NCBI GenBank assembly: GCA_902801475.1
Contig: CADCIO010000004.1
Coordinates: forward strand, 13,784 to 77,783
Origin: an uncultured Bacteroidales bacterium
Lineage (GTDB): Bacteria; Bacteroidota; Bacteroidia; Bacteroidales; Bacteroidaceae
DNA: 64,000 bases
Reading direction: 5' to 3'
Below are positions 44,652 through 53,266 of this stretch, piece by piece. Each line of letters begins with the position of its first letter. Positions within the stretch are counted from its first letter, which is position 1. The notes under the pieces are model-generated. The model worked only from the letters and a program-made list of their open reading frames with translations, was not told the DNA's origin and did no database searches. The translations under genes were made by a program, and so were the position numbers.

Positions 44652-45716
44652 TTAAACTGGTTTGAAAGGGAGTCCCCCTGCTTGCTCCAGCATCAAGTCG
44701 GCGAGTACACCATTCGCATCGGACTCGCCATTGATGGTGTCATAGATGAACTTGAGTCCCTCGCGTCCCCCACCATGTTTCAGCACATAGACCAGACATA
44801 GGTACTGCAGGGCAGCGCTGGAGGAGAGAATGTCGAGGTCGGTGAGGGCGAGATGCGAGAGTGCCAGCTGGTGGGCATCATCACTGTTTTCGTCAATGAA
44901 ACGCTGCACATCGCCCAGAGTCTCCAGTCCAAAGGATTCGAGTACGGGCAGGAAAGGCATCATCGATACGGGAAATATCTCGGCTTGATTGACAGCGGCG
45001 ATGCGCCTGTTCAGACGGTCGAAGGGGTGCAGTTCGAGGTAACTGCGGAATGAGCCTGCTGACAGCGGCACATCATCGAGTTGTCCATTCTGTACCAAGG
45101 ACATGATTTGGCGACGGTAGTCGGTAAGTACAAGACGCAGACGGCTGAACTCATCATCAATTAGTTCCAACATACCTGCCAAACGACTGAACTGCCGCTG
45201 GTACTCTCGTGGAATTCTCACGTCACCCTTGTAGCCGGTGTCGTGTTCGATGGTTGACCATACGTGCTGCAGTGCTGTGCGCATCTGCAGTTCGAAACGC
45301 GGGCCGCCTTCTTTCAATCGACAAATGTAATGCAGCGAGTTGTAGCCAAAGCTGTCCAGCTGGTGCAGTTTGCGTTTATCCACACTTTCTTTCCAGTCGA
45401 TGTCAAAGATGCGTTTGGCGATAGCTGCCACCTTATCTACTTCATCTGTATAGAAGGTGATGACACGCACACCCACGAGATCGGTCACATCGTCGATGCT
45501 CTTGTATTTTGCGCCTTTCAACTCCAGTTTTCCCATCAACGACTTCTCAGTCTTCACACGATGTTCCATGGCGGTAACGTAGATGCCTTTATCAAGGAGC
45601 GCATGACGCAGCTGGTCATAGGCATTCTTTGCCAGCTGTTCCAATGTGGGACGCAGTTCCCGGTACTGCTCCATCAACGCCATTCCATGCGCGTCCAGTT
45701 TCACTTTTTTTTCCAT
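44652..45716 (-). CDS. RelA/SpoT-domain (p)ppGpp synthetase-only protein (small alarmone synthetase-like) with a ~130-aa C-terminal extension
   Basis: The start was set at 'MEKKVKLDAHG', 7 nt after the upstream stop. 'DVTDLVGVRVITFYTDEVDKV...FGYNSLHYICRL...LQMRTALQHVWSTIEHD' is the RelA_SpoT nucleotidyltransferase core. Confidence 0.8.
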   Translation of the reverse strand: MEKKVKLDAHGMALMEQYRELRPTLEQLAKNAYDQLRHALLDKGIYVTAMEHRVKTEKSLMGKLELKGAKYKSIDDVTDLVGVRVITFYTDEVDKVAAIAKRIFDIDWKESVDKRKLHQLDSFGYNSLHYICRLKEGGPRFELQMRTALQHVWSTIEHDTGYKGDVRIPREYQRQFSRLAGMLELIDDEFSRLRLVLTDYRRQIMSLVQNGQLDDVPLSAGSFRSYLELHPFDRLNRRIAAVNQAEIFPVSMMPFLPVLESFGLETLGDVQRFIDENSDDAHQLALSHLALTDLDILSSSAALQYLCLVYVLKHGGGREGLKFIYDTINGESDANGVLADLMLEQAGGLPFKPV

Positions 45717-45723
45717 CTTTTCT

Positions 45724-46359
45724 TCATGATTTGACTGGTATTGGATTACATCTCCCAAATACCTGATTAATGAGTTGTTGGAACTCCTTGTAGGCAAAGG
45801 TATCTTGGAGTTCACGAAGTGCTTCGGCCAACCCTCGGTAGTGCCACTCATGAACCTGACGTTCTCTGATGCGGAAAAGGCTCCAAAGGGTGTCGCCTTG
45901 TGTGGCATAATCACGAGCTATGGCCCGCATGTTCGAAAGTTTGTCACCCAGAGCTACCATCTTGGCATCGTGCGGGGCTACGGACAAGCGGTCGATGGCA
46001 GCTTGCTTGCGGATGCGCCAACTTGCTTCCTCACTCATGCCGCCGACTTTTATGTCGCTCTCCGCATCCACCAACGAGGCAATGCGTTCGCCAAATTCAG
46101 CACGAATCTGTTCCAAGGTAACATCGGTATCTTCCACAGTATCATGCAGAGCAGCAGCAGCCAGCAATTCCTGGTCGGAGGTCATCGTAGCTACGATTTC
46201 CACAGCCTCCATTGGGTGTACGATATAAGGGAATCCCTTGCCGCGACGCTCTGTCCCAGCATGAGCACGAACCGCAAATATGATGGCGCGGTCCAGCAGT
46301 TCTGTATCTAAAGGTTGATTTGCCATTGTTTGTATTGATTCATTATTACTTCCGAACAC
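45724..46359 (-). CDS. HD-domain (p)ppGpp hydrolase-only protein (small alarmone hydrolase-like)
   Basis: 211 aa. 'AHAGTERRGKGFPYIVHPMEAVEIV...AAALHDTVEDTDVTLEQIRAEFG' is the SpoT/Mesh1-type HD motif. The start may be the internal M at 46326. Confidence 0.8.
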   Translation of the reverse strand: MFGSNNESIQTMANQPLDTELLDRAIIFAVRAHAGTERRGKGFPYIVHPMEAVEIVATMTSDQELLAAAALHDTVEDTDVTLEQIRAEFGERIASLVDAESDIKVGGMSEEASWRIRKQAAIDRLSVAPHDAKMVALGDKLSNMRAIARDYATQGDTLWSLFRIRERQVHEWHYRGLAEALRELQDTFAYKEFQQLINQVFGRCNPIPVKS

Positions 46360-46465
46360 GTTTGCAAATTACGGGAAAAAACCACAAACCACAAAACATT
46401 TCGAAAACTTTTTTGATAAAAGGACAAAAAAGTGGCGAAAAGTTTTGGTGGTCGGAGAAAAAGTC

Positions 46466-46473
46466 GTACCTTT
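46466..46473 (+). promoter_or_regulatory. -7 box TACCTTTG (tRNA-Glu)
   Basis: GTCGTACCTTTGCACTCGCAA lies 32 nt upstream of the tRNA. Confidence 0.6.
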
Positions 46474-46504
46474 GCACTCGCAATTGAAAAATTGCCTTCA
46501 GGTT

Positions 46505-46579
46505 GGCCCGTTCGTCTATCGGCTAGGACGAGAGATTTTCATTCTCTAAAGAGGAGTTCGACTCTCCTACGGGCTACCA
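46505..46579 (+). tRNA. tRNA-Glu (anticodon TTC)
   Basis: 75 nt with CCA encoded: acceptor GGCCCGT/ACGGGCT, anticodon stem-loop AGAGA-TTTTCAT-TCTCT, T arm AGGAG-TTCGACT-CTCCT. A -7 box lies at 46466-46473. Confidence 0.85.
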
Positions 46580-46601
46580 GCCCACACGCTGGGCGTTTTT
46601 T
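46580..46601 (+). terminator. weak hairpin plus T6 after tRNA-Glu
   Basis: GCCCA-CACGC-TGGGC, then G and TTTTTT. Confidence 0.45.
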
Positions 46602-46709
46602 ATGTTTCTTCGGAAACAAGCAGGGAGATGGGTGCGAGGTCACAGCGCCATACCACATCGGACTCCCAAAAACAAACTTAATGTTTAATTCTAAATTCTT
46701 AATTAACAA

Positions 46710-46964
46710 ATGGCACACCACAAGTCATGTCTGAAGCGCATCCGCCAGAACGAGAAGCGCAGACTCCACAACCGTTACTACGCAAAGACAATGCGTAACT
46801 TCCTCCGCGACATCCGCAACGAAAAGGACAAGGCAACCGCTCAGGAAATGTTCCCAAAACTTCAGAAGATGCTCGACAAGCTGGCTAAGCAGAACATCAT
46901 TCACTGGAAGAAGGCTGCAAACTTGAAGTCAAACACAGCAAAGATGATTGCCAAACTCGCGTAA
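46710..46964 (+). CDS. rpsT: 30S ribosomal protein S20
   Basis: 84 aa beginning '[30 protein letters not shown]'. Confidence 0.92.
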   Translation: MAHHKSCLKRIRQNEKRRLHNRYYAKTMRNFLRDIRNEKDKATAQEMFPKLQKMLDKLAKQNIIHWKKAANLKSNTAKMIAKLA

Positions 46965-47014
46965 GAAGAGAAACAAGAACTATTCGGCATAGCCAAATAT
47001 TCTATAGAGACAAG

Positions 47015-47050
47015 AAGGTCGGAACTCGTATGAGTTTTCCGACCTTTTTC
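47015..47050 (+). terminator. intrinsic terminator after rpsT
   Basis: AAGGTCGGAACTC / GAGTT(TT)CCGACCTT stem with a 2-nt bulge, then TTT. Confidence 0.7.
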
Positions 47051-47198
47051 GTGTTTCCAACATACACCCATCTATGAATGATGCAAATAAAACGAACAAA
47101 TCGCAAGCGATTTTGCCGTTTAAAACTACTATTTTCAAGTTTTTTCCCCATAGGGGAATATTTCTTCGTTTTTCTTTTGTCATGTCGAAAAAAAGTCG

Positions 47199-47206
47199 TA
47201 ACTTTG
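47199..47206 (+). promoter_or_regulatory. -7 box TAACTTTG (gyrB)
   Basis: AAAAAGTCGTAACTTTG lies 26 nt upstream of the ATG. Confidence 0.5.
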
Positions 47207-47231
47207 TAACGTATAAAAAGAGAATATAAAA

Positions 47232-49208
47232 ATGGATGAAACACAGATGAACGGGGCGAATTACTCCGCCAGTAACATCCAAGTCCTCGAGGGCTTGGAG
47301 GCAGTAAGAAAACGCCCCGCCATGTACATCGGCGACATCAGCGAGAAGGGTCTGCACCATCTCGTTTATGAAACGGTCGATAACTCTATCGATGAGGCGC
47401 TGGCAGGTTTCTGTACGCACATCGAAGTAACAATCAATGAAGATAATTCCATCACGGTTCAGGATAACGGACGTGGTATTCCCGTGGATATGCACGAGAA
47501 GGAGCATCGCAGTGCCCTCGAGGTGGTGATGACAGTGCTGCATGCCGGCGGTAAGTTCGACAAAGGCTCTTACAAGGTGTCGGGCGGTCTGCACGGTGTG
47601 GGTGTGAGTTGTGTGAACGCACTGTCGAAGCACATGACCTCACAGGTATATCGTGATGGCAAGATTTATCAGCAGGAATATGAGAAGGGCAAGCCTCTCT
47701 ACGACGTGAAGGTGGTGGGCGAGACAGAGCTGCGAGGCACTCGTCAGCAGTTCTGGCCAGACAATAGCATCTTCATCACCACCACATACAAGTACGACAT
47801 CTTGGCAAACCGTATGCGTGAACTGGCCTACCTGAATGCAGGCATCAAGATTACGCTGACAGACATGCGTCTGGACAAGAATGCCGAGGTGGGTATCGAG
47901 GGCATCCGTCAGGAAGTATTCCACAGTGAGGGTGGCTTGAAGGACTTCGTACGTTATATCGACTCAACCCGTACATGCCTGTTCGACGACGTGATCTATC
48001 TGAACACGGAGAAGCAGAACACACCAATCGAGGTGGCGATCATGTATAACACTTCTTATAGCGAGAATATCCACTCCTACGTGAACAACATCAACACCAT
48101 CGAAGGTGGTACGCACCTGCAGGGATTCCGTACAGCCTTGACACGTGTGCTGAAGAAGTATGCTGACGACAACAAGATAACGGAGAAACTGGAGAAGCAG
48201 AAGATTGAAATCAGTGGCGAGGACTTCCGCGAGGGTCTGACTGCGGTCATCAGCGTGAAGGTGTCTGAGCCTCAGTTCGAGGGTCAGACAAAGACCAAGT
48301 TGGGTAACAGTGAGGTGGCTGGTGCCGTTCAGCAGGCTGTGGGTGAGGCGTTGACCTATTATCTGGAGGAACATCCTAAGGAGGCGAAGATGGTCATCGA
48401 CAAGGTCGTTCTGGCCGCTGAAGCTCGTGTGGCAGCCCGTGCAGCCCGTGAGAAGGTGCAGCGCAAAAACCCGATGACGGGTGGTGGTCTGCCCGGTAAA
48501 CTGGCTGACTGCTCCGACAAAGATGCTGCGAACTGCGAGATGTTTATCGTCGAGGGTGACTCAGCAGGTGGTTCTGCCAAGCAGGGTCGCGACCGTCATT
48601 TCCAAGCAATTCTTCCGATTCGTGGTAAGATCTTTAATGTGGAGCGTGTAAAATGGCATCAAGCCTTCGAGCACGAGGAGGTGAACAACATCTTTCAGGC
48701 ATTAGGCGTGAAGTTCGGTCTGAATCCAGAAGACCAAAAGGAAGCCAACTACGAGAAGCTGCGCTACTACAAGACCATCATCATGACCGATGCCGATGTC
48801 GATGGTTCTCACATCGACACCCTTCTGATGACGCTCTTCTTCCGTTTCCTGCCTCAGCTCATCCGCGACGGCCGTCTCTACATCGCCACTCCCCCACTCT
48901 ACAAGTGTACGAAGGGTAAGGTAAGCGAGTATTGCTACGACGAGGCCGCTCTGCAGCGCTTCATCGACACATATGGCGAGGGCTCAGAGGACAAGATCAA
49001 GGTGCAGCGATACAAAGGTCTTGGCGAGATGAACCCGGAGCAACTTTGGGAGACCACCATGAATCCCGAGACGCGTCTGCTGAAACAGGTGACCATCGAC
49101 GACGCAGCTGAAGCCGACTACACCTTCTCCATGCTGATGGGTGAAGACGTGGGTCCACGTCGCGAGTTCATCGAAAAGAACGCGACCTACGCTAATATTG
49201 ATGCGTAA
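47232..49208 (+). CDS. gyrB: DNA gyrase subunit B
   Basis: 658 aa with 'YSASNIQVLEGLEAVRKRPAMYIGD', 'GGLHGVGVSCVNALS', 'EMFIVEGDSAGGSAKQGRDR' and 'IMTDADVDGSHI'. Confidence 0.96.
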   Translation: MDETQMNGANYSASNIQVLEGLEAVRKRPAMYIGDISEKGLHHLVYETVDNSIDEALAGFCTHIEVTINEDNSITVQDNGRGIPVDMHEKEHRSALEVVMTVLHAGGKFDKGSYKVSGGLHGVGVSCVNALSKHMTSQVYRDGKIYQQEYEKGKPLYDVKVVGETELRGTRQQFWPDNSIFITTTYKYDILANRMRELAYLNAGIKITLTDMRLDKNAEVGIEGIRQEVFHSEGGLKDFVRYIDSTRTCLFDDVIYLNTEKQNTPIEVAIMYNTSYSENIHSYVNNINTIEGGTHLQGFRTALTRVLKKYADDNKITEKLEKQKIEISGEDFREGLTAVISVKVSEPQFEGQTKTKLGNSEVAGAVQQAVGEALTYYLEEHPKEAKMVIDKVVLAAEARVAARAAREKVQRKNPMTGGGLPGKLADCSDKDAANCEMFIVEGDSAGGSAKQGRDRHFQAILPIRGKIFNVERVKWHQAFEHEEVNNIFQALGVKFGLNPEDQKEANYEKLRYYKTIIMTDADVDGSHIDTLLMTLFFRFLPQLIRDGRLYIATPPLYKCTKGKVSEYCYDEAALQRFIDTYGEGSEDKIKVQRYKGLGEMNPEQLWETTMNPETRLLKQVTIDDAAEADYTFSMLMGEDVGPRREFIEKNATYANIDA

Positions 49209-49296
49209 GGAATTTGACCAGTTGCACTAGTTGGGCTAGACTAACTAGTTTGACTAGAAGACAAGCACATTTCATTCAATTCTTACATATATTCTC

Positions 49297-49342
49297 GTGC
49301 CGACCAACCAGAAGTGATTCTGACCGAGTCGGCACATCTTTT
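49297..49342 (+). terminator. hairpin plus T-run after gyrB
   Basis: GTGCCGAC ... GTCGGCAC (8 bp, 23-nt loop with an inner stem) followed by ATCTTTT. Confidence 0.5.
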
Positions 49343-49348
49343 GTGCCC

Positions 49349-49422
49349 ATGCGGATGGGTGAAAAAGATAATGCGCATTACCGGACTCGATAATGCGCAT
49401 TAACTATTTGAATGATGCGGAT
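49349..49422. promoter_or_regulatory. four ATGCG(G/C)(A/C)AT-type sites phased at exactly 22 bp; the central two are perfect 12-bp palindromes TAATGCGCATTA
   Basis: ATGCGGAT at 49349, ATGCGCAT at 49371, ATGCGCAT at 49393 and ATGCGGAT at 49415. The 14-nt string GATAATGCGCATTA is repeated at 49367 and 49389. The last site abuts the ftsZ stop codon. Confidence 0.6.
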
Positions 49423-50735
49423 CAGTTGAACAGGATAGTCGTTCCAGGTTCAATTGGATTCGACTTGTTAGTGTTCATTTCTGTAAGCTGGCGCAGGGTT
49501 TCCTTCGAACGCTTGTAGGTGGGCGATGTCTCCACCATGCTAATGACATCTTCGTTGTCGAGGTCTTCCTCCTTGAAAATGTAGCTATAGAGCGGACGAC
49601 GGATGGAACCGTGCTTTTTGTCGGGACCGTAGATAGTTTCACGACGGTGGGCACGTTCTGCCTCCTGCTCTGCCTTCTCTGCATCACGCTGCTGCTGTTC
49701 TTTGTCACGTGCCATCAGACGGCTACCCAGCTCATCGGAGTCGATGTCCTCAACACCAAAACCGGTGGCGAGGATAGTAATCTTCACTTGATCGGTCAAG
49801 GCAGGATCGACAGACAGACCCCATTTGGTCTCCACATCGTCACGCTTCACCTTCGCCATGAACTCGTGTACCTCGTTCATCTCGTCCATCATCAAGGCAC
49901 TGGTCCCCTCGCCCGTCTCGTCTGGCACAGAGATACGGAGGAGAATCTTGTTTGCACGATAGATGTCGTTATTGTTGAGGAGAGGTGAGTTGAGTGCATC
50001 GTTGATACCTTTCGTCACACGGTTCTCGCCCGATCCATAGCCCGTACTCATGATTGCCACACCGCCATCCTTGAGGACTGTACTGACATCATTGAAGTCG
50101 AGGTTAATGACACCATGCATCGTGATGATCTCAGCAATAGAACGTGCTGCATTACAAAGGGTGTCGTCAGCCTTGGCAAATGCCTTGATGACCGTGAAGT
50201 CTTGATAGATTTCACGCAGACGTTCGTTGTTGATGACCAGCAGCGCATCCACGTTCTTGCTCATTTCCTCCACACCGTCGAGTGCCTGATCAATCTTCTT
50301 ATTGCCCTCCCAACGGAATGGGATGGTCACGATACCTACCGTCAAGATGCCCATATCCTTGGCTGTCTTGGCAATGAGCGGAGCAGCACCTGTGCCTGTT
50401 CCACCACCCATACCAGCCGTAATGAATGCCATCTTCGTACCATCAGAAAGCATACTCTTAATGGCCTCAATGGACTCCTCTGTCGCCTTACGAGCCTTGT
50501 CAGGACGGTTACCAGCACCAAGTCCCTCACTGCCCAACTGTATCTTTTCAGGCACAGGAGAGTCTTGGAGAGCCTTGTTGTCCGTGTTACATACTACAAA
50601 TGTGACATCGTGAATGCCCTCATTATACATGTGGTTGACAGCATTACTACCACCGCCGCCAACGCCAATCACCTTGATAATGCTTGTGGCGCCTTTCGCA
50701 AAGTTGAAAACACCAAAATTCTCTTCTTCTGCCAT
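49422..50735 (-). CDS. ftsZ: cell division GTPase FtsZ
   Basis: 437 aa with 'IKVIGVGGGGSNAVNHM' and 'GMGGGTGTGAAPLIAK'. Confidence 0.96.
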   Translation of the reverse strand: MAEEENFGVFNFAKGATSIIKVIGVGGGGSNAVNHMYNEGIHDVTFVVCNTDNKALQDSPVPEKIQLGSEGLGAGNRPDKARKATEESIEAIKSMLSDGTKMAFITAGMGGGTGTGAAPLIAKTAKDMGILTVGIVTIPFRWEGNKKIDQALDGVEEMSKNVDALLVINNERLREIYQDFTVIKAFAKADDTLCNAARSIAEIITMHGVINLDFNDVSTVLKDGGVAIMSTGYGSGENRVTKGINDALNSPLLNNNDIYRANKILLRISVPDETGEGTSALMMDEMNEVHEFMAKVKRDDVETKWGLSVDPALTDQVKITILATGFGVEDIDSDELGSRLMARDKEQQQRDAEKAEQEAERAHRRETIYGPDKKHGSIRRPLYSYIFKEEDLDNEDVISMVETSPTYKRSKETLRQLTEMNTNKSNPIEPGTTILFN

Positions 50736-50754
50736 ATCTTATTCGAGCTTTTTC

Positions 50755-52386
50755 TTAGTTATTATCTTCGTCGCTTACCAAGTCTGTGAGTGTCTTCTTA
50801 AAACGACCCCACGCACTGTTCTCCTTGTTCGCGCTGTTCACATGATCGGTCAAGTCATCCACCGCCTTCTTGAGCAACTCTGCCAACTCAGCGCCCTCTC
50901 TGAGGCTCTGCTTGAATTTGTCTTTGCCCTCCAAAGCCTTGACAGCCTTCTCGTACTTCTCGCCGATGGTCTCGTCTAGGATGGCGAGAGAAAGCTCCTT
51001 GGCTCTCTGGCGCACCTTCTTGTCGCTGCCATACTTCTTCAGTTCGTCATCCTGCTTCCTCACCTTGTCGATGGCAGAACGAATCTCCGACTTGATACCG
51101 TCGAACGTGGTTGCATCTTGCGCTTCAGCAGCAGCTGCTGCATCCGCCTCTTCCTGACGCTTACGACGCTCTTCCTCTTTCTGTTGTTGGTCGAACATGT
51201 CTGGAGCACGTCCAATTCCCTCGCCTCCACAAGGAACAGTACCTCCGAAGAGCAAAGAAACAATCGTGGTTGAATCGGTGCTGTCCAACGTAAGACCCGA
51301 TGCATTCGAGGTCTTGACCACCATCTGATTGATCTTGTTGGCCACACGAACCTTGTCAATCTTCGTGCTCTTGACAAACGCCTTAACGATATTCTTCATG
51401 TTGCTGCCGCCACCCGTGATCACAAGACCCGCCAACAGCTTACCACTGTAATCGGAGTTGATGATCTGGTTACGGACATTATCAACAATCTCGCCCATAC
51501 GAGCTTCTATCACGTTCTTGATGGTGGTCACATCAATCTGACGACCATCGGAAGTAGTATAATATTGTGGTTCCACCTCATCGGAAGACTCAAACTCCTG
51601 ACAAGCATCGCCATACTTCAGCTTCACTTCTTCCGTCTCAGCCTCATCAATGGGTAAGGTAGAAAGGTCTTTGTTGATATTATTGCTTCCCAGTGGAATC
51701 GTCACCAAATAACGTACGATATTATTCTTATAGACCACCAGCGTAGTGGTGTCTGCACCCAAATTCACCAAAGCGCATCCTGAACGCTTCTCCGCATCCG
51801 TCAGCACATTGTTCGCCAACTGCAAAGGAGAAATCAAACCTTCCACAATCTCCACACCCACATTGGCAAATACCGTCTCGATGTTGGCACGAAGCGTGTT
51901 CTTGGCAATGACATCCAGGAACTCTCCTTCGATGTTGGTGCCCATCACACCCACAGGGTCAGCGATGACGCTCGAATCCACCACATATTCCTGTGGGAAA
52001 TTCTCCAACATCTCGTAGTCGTTGAAAGGAATCTCGCAACTCTCCTGACGGATGGCGTCAATCAGTTCGTTGGTGATGTAGCTCTGCGTCAACAGATTGC
52101 GTTTGATGACACACTTGTAAGAACGCATCGACTGACCACCCAGACCGATATAAGCACGAGTGATCTTCGTCTTGAGCACAGCCTCCAACTTCTGTATGAT
52201 GGTATTGATACTCTGATAGGTCTTCTCAATGTTATAGACGACACCTCTCTTGACACACCCCGCAGTCTTCTCCTCAGCGTAGGCGAGAACCTGCATCGTC
52301 CCATCCTTTTTCTTACCTGCGATACCCGAAATCTTGCTCGAGCCAAGTTCTATCGCAACGATGAAATCTTTATCAGAATTTGTCAT
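50755..52386 (-). CDS. ftsA: cell division protein FtsA with a long charged C-terminal extension
   Basis: 543 aa with an actin-like fold ('IVAIELGSSKISGIAG', 'VITGGGSNMKNI'), a C-terminal amphipathic 'WGRFKKTLTDLV', and a position immediately upstream of ftsZ. Confidence 0.9.
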   Translation of the reverse strand: MTNSDKDFIVAIELGSSKISGIAGKKKDGTMQVLAYAEEKTAGCVKRGVVYNIEKTYQSINTIIQKLEAVLKTKITRAYIGLGGQSMRSYKCVIKRNLLTQSYITNELIDAIRQESCEIPFNDYEMLENFPQEYVVDSSVIADPVGVMGTNIEGEFLDVIAKNTLRANIETVFANVGVEIVEGLISPLQLANNVLTDAEKRSGCALVNLGADTTTLVVYKNNIVRYLVTIPLGSNNINKDLSTLPIDEAETEEVKLKYGDACQEFESSDEVEPQYYTTSDGRQIDVTTIKNVIEARMGEIVDNVRNQIINSDYSGKLLAGLVITGGGSNMKNIVKAFVKSTKIDKVRVANKINQMVVKTSNASGLTLDSTDSTTIVSLLFGGTVPCGGEGIGRAPDMFDQQQKEEERRKRQEEADAAAAAEAQDATTFDGIKSEIRSAIDKVRKQDDELKKYGSDKKVRQRAKELSLAILDETIGEKYEKAVKALEGKDKFKQSLREGAELAELLKKAVDDLTDHVNSANKENSAWGRFKKTLTDLVSDEDNN

Positions 52387-52406
52387 ATATATTGATGATT
52401 TACATT

Positions 52407-52466
52407 TAACTTCTAACCACTAACCTCCCAACTCTATAACCTCTAACCCATAACCTATAACCCCTC
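52407..52466. repeat. heptamer array (TAACTTC-TAACCAC-TAACCTC-CCAACTC-TATAACC-TCTAACC-CATAACC-TATAACC) in the ftsQ|ftsA spacer
   Basis: Read directly. Confidence 0.8.
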
Positions 52467-52467
52467 A

Positions 52468-53229
52468 TCACCTCTTCGTGCATATAATCTGGTTGTCGTA
52501 CTCCAGATTCACTCTCGCATACTTTCTCCAGCCCACTGTTCCAATGGCCTTGTCATAGAAAGTCTTGAGCTTGCGGAGTTTCTTCTCATAGTCGTCCAGC
52601 GTACCCAGATAGACAATCTGGTCACCCACTCTCGGCACCAGTTCCACGACATGCTTTCCCTTCCTGTCCTTCATCACGTAGATCTGCTCAATTTGGTTGT
52701 TCCAGAACTCATCCGTCTGAAGGTACTGACCGAACTCTGCCAATTCCTTGCTGGCATACTTTTCGTCGATATTGCCTGAAGCAACCACCAAGTTTGTGCC
52801 ATTGCTGTGATTGGGAATGATGTTGCCCTGTGCATCAACAAAGTAACCATCCTTTCCCTCAGGAATCACAAAGATGATGGGAATGCGCTGCTCCACCGTC
52901 ACACAGAGTTTTCCGTTGGCAGACTTATAGCACTCCACCTTCGAGATAAACTCGTTTCCTCGTATGGTTTCTTCTATCTTCTCTGTATCCACATCCTTCA
53001 TCAACATACCCTTGGGGTACACGTTCGCATTCTTCAACATCTTCTCAATGTCCTTCTCGTCCACAAAGAGGGAGGCATCGTCGCCCTTCTTCACAATCAG
53101 TTCCACAGCCGAGCATCTTTCCTCCTCGTCTGGACCCGACAGGAACAGCATCGCATAAGCCACGTAAGCCACCAACCCTAATGAGAGCAGCGACAGCACT
53201 GTAAACTTCACGATCTTGGACATCTTCAT
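52468..53229 (-). CDS. ftsQ: cell division protein FtsQ/DivIB-like
   Basis: 253 aa with one N-terminal TM segment and a POTRA-like region. It lies between murC and ftsA. Confidence 0.75.
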   Translation of the reverse strand: MKMSKIVKFTVLSLLSLGLVAYVAYAMLFLSGPDEEERCSAVELIVKKGDDASLFVDEKDIEKMLKNANVYPKGMLMKDVDTEKIEETIRGNEFISKVECYKSANGKLCVTVEQRIPIIFVIPEGKDGYFVDAQGNIIPNHSNGTNLVVASGNIDEKYASKELAEFGQYLQTDEFWNNQIEQIYVMKDRKGKHVVELVPRVGDQIVYLGTLDDYEKKLRKLKTFYDKAIGTVGWRKYARVNLEYDNQIICTKR

Positions 53230-53266
53230 GATTCTTCTGCTTTTTAATGATGAATGTATTTCCTGT

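Noticed and set aside
49367-49402. The palindrome pair considered as a XerC/D dif site.
   Set aside because: ATAA-N6-TTA loosely resembles the dif core, but the flanking arms do not match the dif consensus as I recall it, and dif is normally a single copy. It is kept only as one hypothesis under the phased-array finding.
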